DNA of 64,000 bases. It comes from Octopus sinensis. Lineage: Eukaryota. The stretch spans positions 75,144,001-75,208,000 of the forward strand of contig NC_043002.1 of the NCBI RefSeq assembly GCF_006345805.1, read 5' to 3'. This document shows, one piece after another, positions 25,565 through 39,775 of this stretch. The position numbers and the translations under genes are program-made. How positions within the stretch are numbered: the stretch's first letter is position 1; every line of letters starts with the position of its first letter. The notes under the pieces are model-generated. The model worked only from the letters and a program-made list of their open reading frames with translations, did not search any database and was not told where the DNA came from.

Positions 25565-25905
25565 CAGACTGGAGCCTGGTATAGCCTTCTGGCTTGCCAG
25601 CCCTCAGTCCAACCTATGCTGACATGGGAAATGGATGTTAAACGATGATGATGATATATATGCTGCCATGTTAAATAGCACACATGCCAGCACCATGTAG
25701 AGAGCACTGTTGTTAATGCTACACAAAGGCAATCAGTACACTCTATAAAGTGGTTGGCATTAGGAAGGGCATCCAGCCTTAGAAACCATACCAAAATTGA
25801 TGACTGGTGAATGGTGCAACCCTCTGGCTTGCCAGCTCCTGTCAAACTGTCCTACCCATGCCAGCATGGAAAATGGATGTTAAATGATGATGATGATGAT
25901 GACGA
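25565..25905 (+). mobile_element. Two tandem 3' ends of a group B-related element, each with a (GAT)n tail
   Basis: ctggcttgccagc..catgggaaatggatgttaaacgatgatg, followed by a longer copy ending acccatgccagcatggaaaatggatgttaaatgatgatgat. Confidence 0.75.
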
Positions 25906-26042
25906 TATGTCATCATCATTATCTTTGTCATAAGAGGTGACTAAGAAGTTTGTCATCAAAGTAGGCCTCAAAAACAGTCTCATCTAACCAATTCCAATAT
26001 GGAAAAACAGGCATAACACCGATTATAATGATATGCTGTCTA

Positions 26043-26072
<30 letters not shown>

Positions 26073-26075
<3 letters not shown>

Positions 26076-26328
26076 CTGTCACTCAGTTCAGAGTACTATA
26101 CTATTCAGCCTCATGCATTTTTTGTAATGGTTCCACCTGGTTCCGGAATATTGAAGTCCAGTTGTTGTGTTATTGTATAGTATTTATTGTCTGTTAGACA
26201 TTTCTGGTACTGTATATATTGGTACTGTCATGAAATTTAAACTCATGAATAATCCACTGTGTTCTATTTGAATATTCAAAATTGTCATTATGTACAGATG
26301 TAACTGTACATTTATGAAAAGATGCTGT

Positions 26329-26366
<38 letters not shown>

Positions 26367-26525
26367 AAGCGAAGTGGGGTGTATTGTAGTTCTATTTGAA
26401 AAACTCTTAGAAGCAAGAACACATATTGGAACAAGTTGCAATAAGTTAAATAGACAAGCAGTCTGCTTACATATTTTACTATTCATATATATCTATATAC
26501 ATATGATCACAACTAGTCATACATG

Positions 26526-26569
<44 letters not shown>

Positions 26570-26747
26570 TAAAGCAAATTTTAATACATATTTACATACA
26601 ATCAGAAATATATGTGTATGTGTATACAATTTTACACACACATACACACAAAATCAATAGTCATAAATAACTGTATGTGTGTGTAACATGTACAAAAATG
26701 TACTTGTATATAATAAAATCAATGCAATCATAACTATATACATGTAA

Positions 26748-26821
<74 letters not shown>

Positions 26822-27286
26822 TGTATATTTATATACATATATATGCACACATACATACACATATATAGTTAATTTTTATGTTTATAAATATATATTTATT
26901 GTCATACACATATGCATATAATAATAATCATATAAATATATCATTTAAAAAAAAAATATATATATATATATATATATTCATACAATGTGTGTGTGTATAC
27001 ATACATATATATGTGTGGTGTGTGTGTGTGTATCTGTCACTCAGTTCAGAGTACTATACTATTCAGCCTCATGCATTTTTTGTAATGGTTCCACCTGGTT
27101 CCGGAATATTGAAGTCCAGTTGTTGTGTTATTGTATAGTATTTATTGTCTGTTAGACATTTCTGGTACTGTATATATTGGTACTGTCATGAAATTTAAAC
27201 TCATGAATAATCCACTGTGTTCTATTTGAATATTCAAAATTGTCATTATGTACAGATGTAACTGTACATTTATGAAAAGATGCTGT

Positions 27287-27322
<36 letters not shown>

Positions 27323-27481
27323 AAGCGAAGTGGGGTGTATTGTAGTTCTATTTGAAAAACTCTTAGAAGCAAGAACACATATTGGAACAAGTTGCAATAA
27401 GTTAAATAGACAAGCAGTCTGCTTACATATTTTACTATTCATATATATCTATATACATATGATCACAACTAGTCATACATG

Positions 27482-27527
<46 letters not shown>

Positions 27528-27703
27528 TAAAGCAAATTTTAATACATATTTACATACAATCAGAAATATGTGTATGTGTATACAATTTTACACACACATA
27601 CACACAAAATCAATAGTCATAAATAACTGTATGTGTGTGTAACATGTACAAAAATGTACTTGTATATAATAAAATCAATGCAATCATAACTATATACATG
27701 TAA

Positions 27704-27769
<66 letters not shown>

Positions 27770-27957
27770 TGTATATTTATATACATATATATGCACACAT
27801 ACATACACATATATAGTTAATTTTTATGTTTATAAATATATATTTATTGTCATACACATATGCATATAATAATAATCATATAAATATATCATTTAAAAAA
27901 AAAATATATATATATATATATATTCATACAATGTGTGTGTGTATACATACATATATA

Positions 27958-27980
<23 letters not shown>
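26073..27980. repeat. Direct tandem duplication, unit ~958 bp (26073-27030 and 27031-~27980)
   Basis: tatctgtcactcagttcagagtac starts at 26073 and at 27031; the copies look identical apart from microsatellite lengths. Confidence 0.95.
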
Positions 27981-28000
<20 letters not shown>

Positions 28001-28333
28001 TCATATATGCATGTATACACACACACACATACCTACAGATATTCATACATACATATGTATGTGTATATATGTAAGTTTTTATTTAGTTATTCCTTTGCAA
28101 TTGTCATTCGCATCCAAAGTATGTTCTGAATTAGCAAGAAAATACTGAGAAGATAAGCTATTGGTTGAAGAGAAAGAAATTATATATGAAGTATGCAAGT
28201 GAGTGTGCAACTATGCATACGCTCTAAGTGTAGAAATGTCTCTGTGTAAGTGTGTATGTTGGTGTGTTTGTGTGTATGCCAGTGTAATATATATATATTT
28301 ATATAGAAAGATATAGATATGTATATGTGTGTT

Positions 28334-28385
<52 letters not shown>

Positions 28386-28992
28386 ACTGACAGGAAGACA
28401 TGATGGAAGCATATCTCAGATCTCTGGAAAGACGAAGAGGAAAGAGTAGGCGGAGGTGGAGGAGGAGAAAGAGGACTGGGGAGGAAAAAGCTGGGGTCTT
28501 ATTGATTTTATGAAATGCTTTTAGACGTTGCTATCTCAGTTCTGCTTGACATAGTGACAGATACATACCTATATTCCAGCATTAGTGAGCTTTTATGTCT
28601 CATTTTTGCTTTTGCCTTTCTCACTTTTTCTTTTCCATTGCTTAAATTTTTTTCCTTCTTCTTCATGATTTATATGTATTTTTGTTTATTATTCTGGTTA
28701 TTTTTTTTTTGGAGGGGTTCCTCACCACCCCCATCACTTTTTTCCTATCTTTTTTCTTCCTTATTATTTCCTTCTCTTTTTTTCTCCTTTTTAGTTTTTT
28801 CCTTCCTTCCTCTCTCTCTTTCTCTCTGTCTCTCTCCCTTCTTTGTAATTTTTTTTCTTTTTCGTTGTTTTTTTGTTGTTTTCCTTTGCCTTATACTCTA
28901 ATCTAAAGAGTAAATGTAATAGGAATAGTGAGACAAAACAATAAATAAATACGTAAAATAAAAGGAATAAAATAGAAGAACCAAGCAAAAAG

Positions 28993-29055
<63 letters not shown>

Positions 29056-29458
29056 AATGTAAATAAAAAAAGAAAGAAAATAATACACCTACAAAACAAC
29101 CACACACATGCACATACATACACATAAGAAACTAGAAATAGCAAAGGAGGAAATAATAAAAAATAAATAAATAAATGAAAGAAAAAAAAGTAGTTATATG
29201 AGAGGAGAAGAAGAAATGGAGTTTTCCCTAGCTGCTTTGGAATCTTATTCCAAACTGCCACAGCTTGCAGATTTCTGATTACCATGTAAAAACCTGTCTG
29301 CTGGTCAATGATTGATGACAGTTTTCAGTAGGGAGTGTAAAATGTTATTTTCAGGTGCTGACAGAATTCTGTTGCCTGGTAACTGTCAGCTTTATTACTC
29401 CCTTCTTGCTCAATCCACCAACACCAATATCAAGCAGAATACCTACCACTCTACTTAC

Positions 29459-29503
29459 CAAATCTATCCACCCAGTTCAAGACTTCAGATTCAATAATAT
29501 TGG
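29459..29503 (-). other. Candidate 45-nt exon (only open frame xNIIESEVLNWVDRF, phase 1-1)
   Basis: Acceptor ttttttttcttcctccag preceded by branch-like ccctaag; donor TTG|gtaagt. Confidence 0.4.
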
Positions 29504-29645
29504 CTGGAGGAAGAAAAAAAAACTTAGGGGTTTTTTTTTGTATTTTGACTGAATGTCTGTGTTTTTTTTTTTAGTAGAACTTCGCGGTAAAAACTTGTTA
29601 CTTTCTCTTTCTTCCTTCTTTCTAAACAACGCTTCCTAGTCTTAC

Positions 29646-29773
29646 TTGGTATATTGGCTGTTCTATACTACCTCTCTGCGAAGCAAGAGTTGCCCGTTTT
29701 TCAGTTGCTTTTATGTCTCATATGGTCATCGAGTTTGATTGCTTGTCCTTTGATCTAACCACTTGGCATTGAA
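29646..29773 (-). other. Candidate 128-nt non-coding exon with three short uORFs
   Basis: Acceptor ggactcttcttacag, donor CAA|gtaaga; defines a 142-nt GT-AG intron (29504-29645) to the next exon; locally CpG-richer. Confidence 0.35.
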
Positions 29774-29899
29774 CTGTAAGAAGAGTCCGAGGCTTGATGG
29801 AATTACTTAAGTGTTTATTACAAGGATTATTAAAAGCCTTGTTGTCTTAGAATTTACTTCATTGATTTGTGCTCTAACATTTTCTCTGTGTGTATGTGC

Positions 29900-29938
<39 letters not shown>

Positions 29939-30431
29939 ATTGATTGTGCATGTGTATTTGCATGCATGTTTCCTTGTCTGTGTGGATGTTTGCGTCAGAG
30001 GATGTGTGTAAGTATGTGATAGTGGTTCTGTGGCCGCTAACATCTGTTCAGTTGAAAGACGTGAACTGGTGAGGGAAAGCTAACAAGAACTGTATGATGT
30101 TCAAAGCAGAAGGATCATTCACTAAAAGAAGAAGGAAAAAAGAAATGGAAAGCAGAAGATGAAGACGATGCTTTAGGTGTTTAGAGCCACTAGGTAAATT
30201 TAACCTCTAATATCAGACATATAATGAGATCAAGTCCAGTCATTTCTCAAATTTGATTGGTCAACATATCAACTAGTCCTTTTATCATTCTATTGAGATG
30301 AACAACAGAGCATGCTGCTTCATAGTAGAAAACTGTGTGTGACAATTACACTTCAAGATTTAATTGACATTAATTACATTAAATCTTAGGGTACTATTAA
30401 GGATGTTCTTTTGTTTTCTTTTTCTACTATT

Positions 30432-30650
30432 TTTACCATTTAGCATTTAAACTGGCCATATATTCTGGCTCAAATATTCTACTTGTTTTATGTTAATACT
30501 GGTTAGATCTAATATCTCACACCCACTGTACAACATCATTCTAAAAATAAGGGAATCACATCATTGAAATCTCAAAACTGTAGGATAACGCATGATTAAT
30601 TCAAAACAATATGAATAAATAACAGAGGAGTCTGAATGCTAAAAAGTTAA
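30432..30650. mobile_element. piggyBac-like MITE with degenerate TTAA-anchored ends
   Basis: Starts tttaccatttagcattt and ends tctgaatgctaaaaagttaa, decayed versions of ttaaccctttagcatt/aatgctaaagggttaa. Confidence 0.6.
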
Positions 30651-31074
30651 ATGTATAATATAGTATTGTTTAAAGTTCTGAAGTCAGTTATTGTAATCAT
30701 CATCATCATTGTTTAACATCCGCTTTCCATGCTAGCATGGGTTGGATGATTTTGACTTAGAGCTGGCGAACCAGGTGGCTGCACCAGGCTCCTAATTTCC
30801 CTAACTATTAATTTATGTGCAGGTACGACTATGTAGATATGAAGTTTGTTTTGTAACCACACAGTTTTAAATTCTATCTCACTGTGTAGCTATTTGGTCA
30901 AGTGTCTTCTACTGTAGCCTTGGGCTAATCAGTGCCTTGTGAATAGAAATGGTAGACAGAAATTGTGTATGTGTTTTATGAAGGGCATCCAGCTGTAGAA
31001 ACTACGCCAAATCAGACATTGAAGAGCAATTCAATTCTTGGACCTGTCAGATTGCCATCATCTCTTTAGCTTTC

Positions 31075-31440
31075 ACTTTGCCATGCTTGTATGTGTTAAC
31101 TGGAGTTAAATGAGGCTGATTTTCTATGGCCAGATACCCGTCCTGTCTCCACCTTTATCTGTTTCTGAGCAAGGTAATATTTCCCCGTTGTCATACTTGC
31201 ATTAGCAGAATATTGGAAATCAAGAACACTGCTTGCATGACAGTGACACTCACAACTATCACATACTGACAAGTCAAGCAAATACACATAAACACATATA
31301 CGATAGGTTTCTTTCAGTTTCCATCTACCAAATCCTCCTACAAGGTTTTGATCATCTTGAGGCTATAGTAGAAGGTAGTTGCCATGTAGTGGGACTGAAC
31401 CCCAAATCATGTGGTTGGGAAGCAAACTTATACCTATATA
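31075..31440 (-). mobile_element. SINE group B
   Basis: ccatgcttgtatgtgtta..ttctttcagtttccatctaccaaatcc..gtgggactgaacccaaatcatgtggttgggaagcaaac. Confidence 0.8.
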
Positions 31441-31522
31441 TCCTGTCAAGCTATCCAGTCCATGCTAGCATGGCAGAAAAATGTAGTAACCCATTCATAC
31501 TGGCTGATCATGACACTTGTAG

Positions 31523-33650
31523 GCAGAGTTGGAGAACAATCTTAATATCCTCAACCAAAAGATCTGGTTGTTTGTGTTCTTAACAAAGCAGTCTCTGCCA
31601 AAAGCACCTCAAGAGCCAAGTGATAATGTTAAATTGGCTGATGGTTAATTCTATCACTCTAGCTCTACATTTCCATACTTTGTCAGGTTTATGCAAACTA
31701 AAATGAATGTCAACTAAATTGGAACTAACTCTGTAAATATTTCAAGTATTTTATGTCAAACTTTCAAAGATCAAACTACTATGAAGCTGATTATTCAAAG
31801 CTGTTCAGATTAATTATTGATCACTAGAAAGTAAATATTTCAGTAAAGTGGCATTGGATAGCATTTTCTTGTTTTTGTTTAATTTAAAAAAAATTTTTTA
31901 ACTTGATTTAAATTGTAGAGAATTTATATGTGGAAAAGAGTGTATATGTATGTGTATTATATGTAATGTTGCTTTGTTGAATTAAATAATGCATGATGTG
32001 TATGTGCACAGATAAACATATTCATGTTTGTGAATATGTATGTGTGTATGTGCTTTCTACACATGCTTTTCTACCAAACTTTTCTGGTTCATTATTGATG
32101 TTGTATAAGTGAACTGAGCTGCCATGTCAGTTGACATAATATTTTTGCCTTGTTCTTGGGTTGTCAAGTTATGTGTTTCATTCATTTATCATCCCTGTTG
32201 ATAGCTACAGGTGTTACTAAAAAGATAGAGTCTATTTTACAAATGTCAAATTGATTTTATGTCTGTTTCTATGCAATAATTCTTAATTCTTTAAATCCTT
32301 AGACTTCCTCTTACTACCACACATGTCGAAATAGCAGTATTAACTGTTTTACTCTTTGTTCTCAAAGCAGACTTTTTAATACATGTGTAAACAAACACCT
32401 ATCTGTGGGTGGTGACTTCCTAAAATACAGCCATAAAATTTTCAGCAGTATATATGTTATGAATGAAAATTAGCCATGTGATCAATAAGTACACCTGGCT
32501 ACAGGTATTGTCATATCGACCATAATTGTCATGAATTAATTAATTACTTGCTACAGTAAGTAATTGGTTCATACCAGTTAACATATTTTGAGCAACTTTT
32601 ACAGGTGCTCTCCCCACCAATATTATCTGGCTAACAGTATCTTGCAAGATTGGAACCACTAATTCTGTTGTTTCTAGGTCTTGATCTGAAATTCTAGAAA
32701 AGAGGGGAAAAAAAAAAAAACCTCAGCCATCTTCTTTCAGAACTGTAATTGACTTTGTTTCTTGTTACCTGTTCTTTGTTGAAACTGGGTTTCATTCTGT
32801 CTGTGTCCCCACACTCTCTCTCATGCACACACACATTACTATATGTGCTTTAAGGTACCTTTCACACATGTTTTATATGTGCTGAAACTAAATTTCAAGT
32901 GGTTAGCAAATTTTATATTTTCTTCAAGATGCTTTAATAATATTGTTTGGTGTCGTACTGCTCTTCTTCATTTATATTTCTAAATGAAAGCATTAAATTT
33001 TTATCATGTCATATTTAGGAAAAAAAGGTTATTTGTTTTTGGAATTGATTAATGATAAACTTTTTTTATTTTATTCTTTATTTTTTTAATTGCCATTTAT
33101 TGAAACATCTCAGCTTTTCATTTATTTATTTGTTCCATTATTTCACATGCTGCCATTCTTTCTTCCCCTTCGAAATTTACAAAAGCCAGTTGTGACTCTG
33201 CTGCTAAGATTTACTTTGGAAACAGTTATATTATACATAACAAACATGTACATACAACACATCTTTCTATATATAAAATTTTTACGATTCAAACCAGGTT
33301 GAGTAAATAAATAAATAAAAATCATTTAACATCAATTGATTGAAATATTTACTTTCTAGTGATCAATAATTAATCTGAACTGCTCTGAATAATCAGCTTC
33401 ATAATAGTTTGATCTTTGAAATTTTGACATAAAATACTTGAAAAGATATATAGTGATAGTTTTAATTTGCTTGACATTCATTTTAATTTGCATAAACCAG
33501 AAAATGTATGGAAATGTGGAGTTTGGGTAACAGAGATAACCATCAGCCAATTTCCCATCCCCACTTGGCTCTCATGGTGCTTCTAGCTATGGGCACTTCA
33601 ACCAGAAAGATCTTTTGTCTGAGGATTTCAAGATTATCCTCCAATTCTAC
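31523..33650. repeat. Diverged inverted repeat pair: arms ~31523-31842 and ~33341-33650, ~1.5 kb spacer
   Basis: For example aaagatcaaactactatgaagctgattattcaaagctgttcagattaattattgatcactagaaagtaaatatttca (left) pairs with tgaaatatttactttctagtgatcaataattaatctgaactgctctgaataatcagcttcataatagtttgatcttt (right). Confidence 0.9.
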
Positions 33651-34309
33651 CACCAATTTCAAAAGTTACCATCCATCTAACTCTCACAAAATCTTAAAAG
33701 AAAATGTTTATATGGCCTGGAGCAAAATTCTTCATTCTACATCTCTTATATGCTACATTTCAATTTGGGATCAGTGATTTCTGAAATATTGTTAATAATA
33801 ATTCTTATTGTTTATATTTTCGTTGTCTTTTGTATTGTTGTTTGGACCAGTATGAGTTCAGACATTGATAGCTCTTCTGTGGTTTCAGTGAAGTGTATTG
33901 TTTGAAGTCTAAATGACCTTTATATCCAGTGGTAGCTTCATCTATAGAAATTTTCATGTGTGAATTATAAGTACTGTTAAAATTATTTTGCAGTATATCC
34001 TTGAAATATGTTTGAGTGTGTGAAGTTCAAAAAAAATTTTTCATGTATTTTCCATCACCTTCTTGTATATTTATTAGCCATGTCAGTTACATTTGCATTT
34101 TTTTTTTTGTTGATACTGGCATGCATTGGACAATGCTTCTTGAGATTGTAGTCTATGGATTTTAGGAAGGATTCTCTTAAAGCCAGTCCTTGTTTTTTAG
34201 TTGAGGCATTCCACTGGGATTTGCATATTGAATTACTGAGCTATGGGGCATATTATGTATGTAGGACATAAATATCACTGTGACTCAGTGGTGTCAGTGT
34301 GGAGGCACA

Positions 34310-34490
34310 TTGAAACAAATGCACATGTACACACATATGCACATTATGGGCTTCCATACAGTTTCCATGTATCAAATTATATAAAGCATTATGTTGTAGA
34401 AAACATTTCCTCAAGTGCCACACAATATGATTGAACACAAAACCATGTTGTTGAGAAGTGTACTTTTTATTCACACAGCTATACTTTTTA
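34310..34490 (-). mobile_element. SINE group A/B 5' half, degenerate
   Basis: gggcttccatacagtttcc..tcaagtgccacacaatatgattgaacacaaaaccatgttg..cacacagc. Confidence 0.65.
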
Positions 34491-35261
34491 TCCACATAGC
34501 TATATTTATCAGAAAAAAATATACCAAAAAATTCTCGCTGCTTTATCTTTGTCCATATTTTAATGGATCCTGACATCAATTCTGAAGACTGAAAAATCTT
34601 TACAGCATGAAGTTAATGGCGCCATTTGTTTACATCAGTTTCTTTATTGTCTTTATTCTCATCTACATGCTAATACTTATCTGTATCAGTTATACTAAAA
34701 CTGAAACTATTTCTCTGTATTTTCAACATCTTGAGAGAAAAATGTAAAGTTTATAGTTGGAACTACTTGGCATCAATTGAATAGCAGGTGTCAATGTTAA
34801 CAACAACAAAAAAATGTATATGCCTGAGGGAGTAAAAAAAGTGCTGGAATACTAAGATTGTACACCATATATGAATAGTAGCTATTATAGAATAGTTTTC
34901 AAGTGATCAGAATGAAACATTTCATGCCAGTTAAGCATATAAATCAATAAAATAATCATAATATTTTAATCACGAAATATCTTAAAATCTAGTGTCAATG
35001 AACATTTTTCTACAAGAAATATCTCATTACCAGAGTGCAGCATTTTGTCACAAGCTAAGGCATTAGAAGGAACGATTCTTTCTAATTATCTACTTCAGGT
35101 GTGCACATAGATTTGTTTGTTTGCAAACTTTGTCTTTCTTTGCAAAGTATTTGCTTATCTATATGAGTAACCATAGCTCAATTGCTATTTTGACCACTTA
35201 AGCAAATATACACCATTTTATAAGTGTATATCATTTAAGATTTTATTAAATTGATGGAATT

Positions 35262-35460
35262 GTTAACACATTGGACAAAATGCTAAGTGGCATTTCTTCC
35301 AGCACTTTGCATTCTGAGTTCAAATCCTTTCTGGGCCAACTTTGCCTTTCATCCTTTCAGGGTCAATAAAATAAAGTACTACTCAAATAATGGGTTCAAT
35401 GTAATTGGCTTGCCCCTGCCCTCTCAAAATTTCTGGCCTTGTGCCATAATTAGAATTTTT
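35262..35460 (+). mobile_element. SINE group C
   Basis: acaaaatgctaagtggcatttc..ttctgagttcaaatcc..gccaactttgcctttcatcctttcagggtcaataaaataaagtac. Confidence 0.85.
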
Positions 35461-38400
35461 AAAGATTTTATCATGAACTTATACAACTAGATAAGTTCAT
35501 TTTGAAAACCTACCTTATATGCACTCAATTATTCCTTTGTACATTAGTTGTAAAACATGTGCACAGAAGCACATAGCTCAGAAGAATTATTGGTAAGTGT
35601 TAACTTCTAATTATGTATACTGTTGTTTTATTACCGGTAAAGGGATTGTAAATGTATTGAATTTCTAGTAAGACAGATGATTTCTGGGCTTCAAATGGAA
35701 AATACATAGAAGTGATTCCTTTCTCTCAAAAATTAATTGAAAATAATATAGATGTTGCTGTCACCTACAATGAACTGTATCAACTCCTAGTATCAGTTCT
35801 AGGCAAGCTGGGCCACAAAGAGTTGTGTCGCTGACCTTGGTCACAGAAAAGAGCCAGTGATAGTACAATACCCAATCAGTATAATTTGTTTTATGCTCAT
35901 TTTTTCATGATAGCATCGACTATATGAATATGCATTGAGGCATAGTTTTGCAGCTGGATGCTCACCCTTACCTGATTTACAAATTTTTCTTATTATACTT
36001 GTTTTCAAAAGCATAAAGCTCAACACTTTTCGTGTAAAGACATGGAATGCAAGCAGTCATACAGACATATATTCATGGTCACATGCATACACACTTCCTA
36101 TGATGTGATTCCATTTACATTCCAGCTTCCATTTCTACTTACAAGGCCAGAAACTACTGTAGGAGATACTTTCCCAGTGTGGCATACGGTGAGATGGAAC
36201 TTAAAACCATGTAGGAACAATGTGAACTCAGCATCCACACAGCTATGCCTCTACAAAGATATAATTGACTTCTTCAGTTGTATCCTGTCTACATTAAAAT
36301 ATGATTACTGATGGTTTACAGTTGTCATATTTCATATCACTTGTTAGTCAACCAATAGTGTGTATATATATCAATAGTTATTGACATGTACATACAAGTG
36401 GAAACCTATTTCCTTCTGCTTTATTATCAGTTTGTCTATTTCTTAATAATAACCGTCACCTAATCTTCCTTAGTTAAGTAGAAAGGGTAGTGCATTATTT
36501 GTCCTCCCACATTTCTCATTGGTTATTTCAATAAATCTGCTTCAGTCGACTGGATTATTCAAAATGTAAAGTCTGTGTGACTTAGGATCTGAAACCTGTT
36601 ACCAAATTATTGAGAATATGTCGACCAGACATTCTGCTATAGATTTTTCAAATTTCTTATCTCGGATTATATTGAGCTTGTGGTTTTATCAATTTATTAA
36701 ACACTGGCGTAGTATCAAATACCGTATTTATACAAGTCATATTTATTTTATTTACCAAACACTGCCTTGCCATTTACTCTCTCCTCTTCCAATAATTGTA
36801 GCAAACATTCAAATCTTCCTACCTATCCAACCCATATTAATCTTAAGAAAACAAACACAGAGATACCGAGCAGACAGCATTATAAATGAATTCAGAGAGA
36901 ACTTTGTAACAATAAGGATCTCTTAATAAGACATATAGCATCCCTATGATAAAGTGGAAGCTGTGTATTTTCATGCCTTTTCTAACAGCAAGAGTTTACA
37001 AAATGAAACAATAGATTTGGCTATTGTTGGAAAAAAAAAGAAAGAGAAGCAATTCTTGATAAATTTCACTTCAACAATTTGTTTGTTTCTTCTTTCGAAA
37101 TCATTTTTAAAAACTCAGTTGACACTAAAAGAAAACATAGGAAGGACAAAATCTTTGAGATAACTGCATTTTTATCTTGATAATGGGTGTGCAATGAATT
37201 ATATCTAGTAAGAATTATAATGCATCTGCTGTGATGTGTGTTGTATTGCATTGCACTGTGTGTGTGTGCATACATGCATGTACATGTGTGCATGTATGTA
37301 TGTGTAATGTCTGTATACTGCACCAGAAAGGGATTCTCTCTGTGTTAAACGTAAACTATGTACCAAAATTGCTATATCATGTGGCTGTTAAATCTAACCA
37401 CTTGGTATGTAACAGAAATCTGAAAGGTAAAATGTTTGGATGTTCTGGGTGGGTGGAGTGCAGGACAGATGGAATGAATGAATATCAGTGTCATCAGCCA
37501 TTGCAGCTGAGAAACATTTTTTGGGAAATGATTTTTATTTTCTGACTAGTCATGAGACCAGCAAAATATGGGAGGAAGAGGTGAGTTAACTAACTGACCC
37601 CAGGATCTGACTGATACATCATTTTAGTGACACAGTGAATGATACGAGTTGGTGGTTGGCACTCAGTAGATGAACGTATATTCAGTATGGAAATGTCGAT
37701 GAAATGGTCAGGAACAAGTAGTATTGGAGTAGATTGAAATAGATGATTCCATAGATGAAACACTATAGATTGGTCTGATAAAAATATAGTTTGAAAATAC
37801 TGTATTTACTCATATATAAGTCACACTCTTAGTTTGCTATTAATTCATGGTACAAAATTTTTTCTCCTTATATTCACACCTGATATCAGCTTTGCCACTT
37901 GTATAAGCTGCTCCTTAGTTTTTTTCAGTTAAAATCAAGTATAACATAGTGCAACTTATGCATGAGTTAATATAGTAATTTGATTATTGAAGATTGGTAG
38001 TCATTCAAGAAGTCCAACCCTGCAAAAAAAAAAGTGGTACCATTGTTTTTGTCACAGTTTTCTTCAGTTGTTCCTTGAGTGTCTGCTTTTGGTACTTCCA
38101 GAAACTACTGAAGCTTAGAAGTCTAAATACTTAACACTGAGAATTACATGTCCAACTACTTTTAGTGAATTATTAGGACCTTCAAGTCATATGCTTGGCA
38201 ATCCATGAATCATAAAATAAACAAAATCAATTCAAATGTATTAGTAATATGTTCCAGCAAATAAGCATGTAGCTACAGAATACGTCTCAGAAACCACCAA
38301 TAACTATAGTGCATAATAGTGCAAAATACATTTAAATACTAACCAAATAACTATAGAAAACTTCCCTTTTGTTTTCATTCATCAACTTTTTGGGTCAATT

Positions 38401-39775
38401 ATTTGTTCTGAATATATATATATATATATATATAATATATATATATATATGGCATTATGAAAGCTGACTTCACATAGCCCTACTTTTCTCTGACCTTCAT
38501 TCTTCCTTTCTCAAAGACCTATTTGTTTAACTACTGCATACTGTTATTCTTAGGCCTACTAGCTCAATTCCGCATCAACTGAACAGTCAAGTGTTTTCTT
38601 CACTCAGTATATTCATATGTCACACCTAGATGCATGTATGCTCTTGTATATGCACACATACATAAACACAGATATGCATTTCTACTCTCTCCCTCCCTCC
38701 CTCTCTCTCTCTCCCTATCTCTCTCTCTCTCTCTCACACTCACTCACACACACGCACACAGTTTCATGTGGAACCTAATGATGTTGTAAGTATAACACTG
38801 TTGGAATAAAACTAGTCTTTGCTCAGATGCTGATTATATTCTAACATTTCAGTGGGATCAATGCTTGCCTATGTAATGTATGTTATTAAAGAATAGCTTA
38901 TCTATTTTGAAAATTACATGTCGATAGATATCTATAATTAAATGTAAGAACTGTATTAAAGCTTCCCTCTGTCTGTGTGGGATGGGATGGTTGTAATGAG
39001 GCGTAGTGTGTGTATGTGTATATATGTATATACATACTATACATATATGTATGCAATATATGCATGTGTAAGAGGTATGCCTATAAGTATGTGTGTATAT
39101 GTAGGTATATATGTGAATAAGATATATATATATATATATATATGATACTCACACATGTATGTAATCTTGTAATATAATATCTGATAGAAAAGTGTAGCCT
39201 TGCATAAAAATGGCATTAATACCTACTGTGGTAGAGAACTTTGGTGTATGTGTGCATGCTTATTGTATGTATACGTTTATGTGTGGGTTTGTGTAGCTAA
39301 CATTCAAATATAGATTTATTGCCTAAGTAACCAAATCTTAGCATAAAATCTGCTGTAATCTATGATGCATCCTTTCTTCTGCCTTAATATATTTAATTTC
39401 TGTATAGCTACAACAAGAACAAATACAACAGCAGCTGATAACAGCAATATCAGGAATGGGCAGATACATGGCTGAATAGGATTTGTGTTGGTGGATGGGT
39501 GGAGTGTATTTGCATATTGCATTATCTTAAATATGTTGTATGTTTTTCTGTTTTCTTTCTCTCTTTAAACATTTCTGTGGTGAGAATAGTTTTGATGAGG
39601 GTTAAAATTTTTTTGTTTTTTTTCTCTTGTTTTCTGTTTTCTCATCCAAGAGAGTTCAGCAATTATCCATGATCCCATTGATCAAAATATACTTATTTAT
39701 ATTTGATGCAATCTTCGACGGACAGGGTGTTTATTGTCAGTTTATAATTATTGTTTTTATTATTATTGTCAGTAT

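Noticed and set aside
25988-26002. PYWNW on the minus strand, like the tyrosinase/hemocyanin PYWDW motif
   Set aside because: Isolated 5-mer with no copper-binding histidine motifs or splice context.
27121-27138. CCVIV* CaaX-like C-terminus in the duplicated unit
   Set aside because: Weak acceptor next to a microsatellite; no upstream GTPase-like exon found.
29459-29503. Similarity of IIESEVLNWVDRF(G) to the N-terminus of calcium-channel alpha2delta subunits
   Set aside because: Only about 6 of 14 identities from memory, exon boundaries do not fit, and no VWA/Cache exons are seen, so no gene symbol was assigned.
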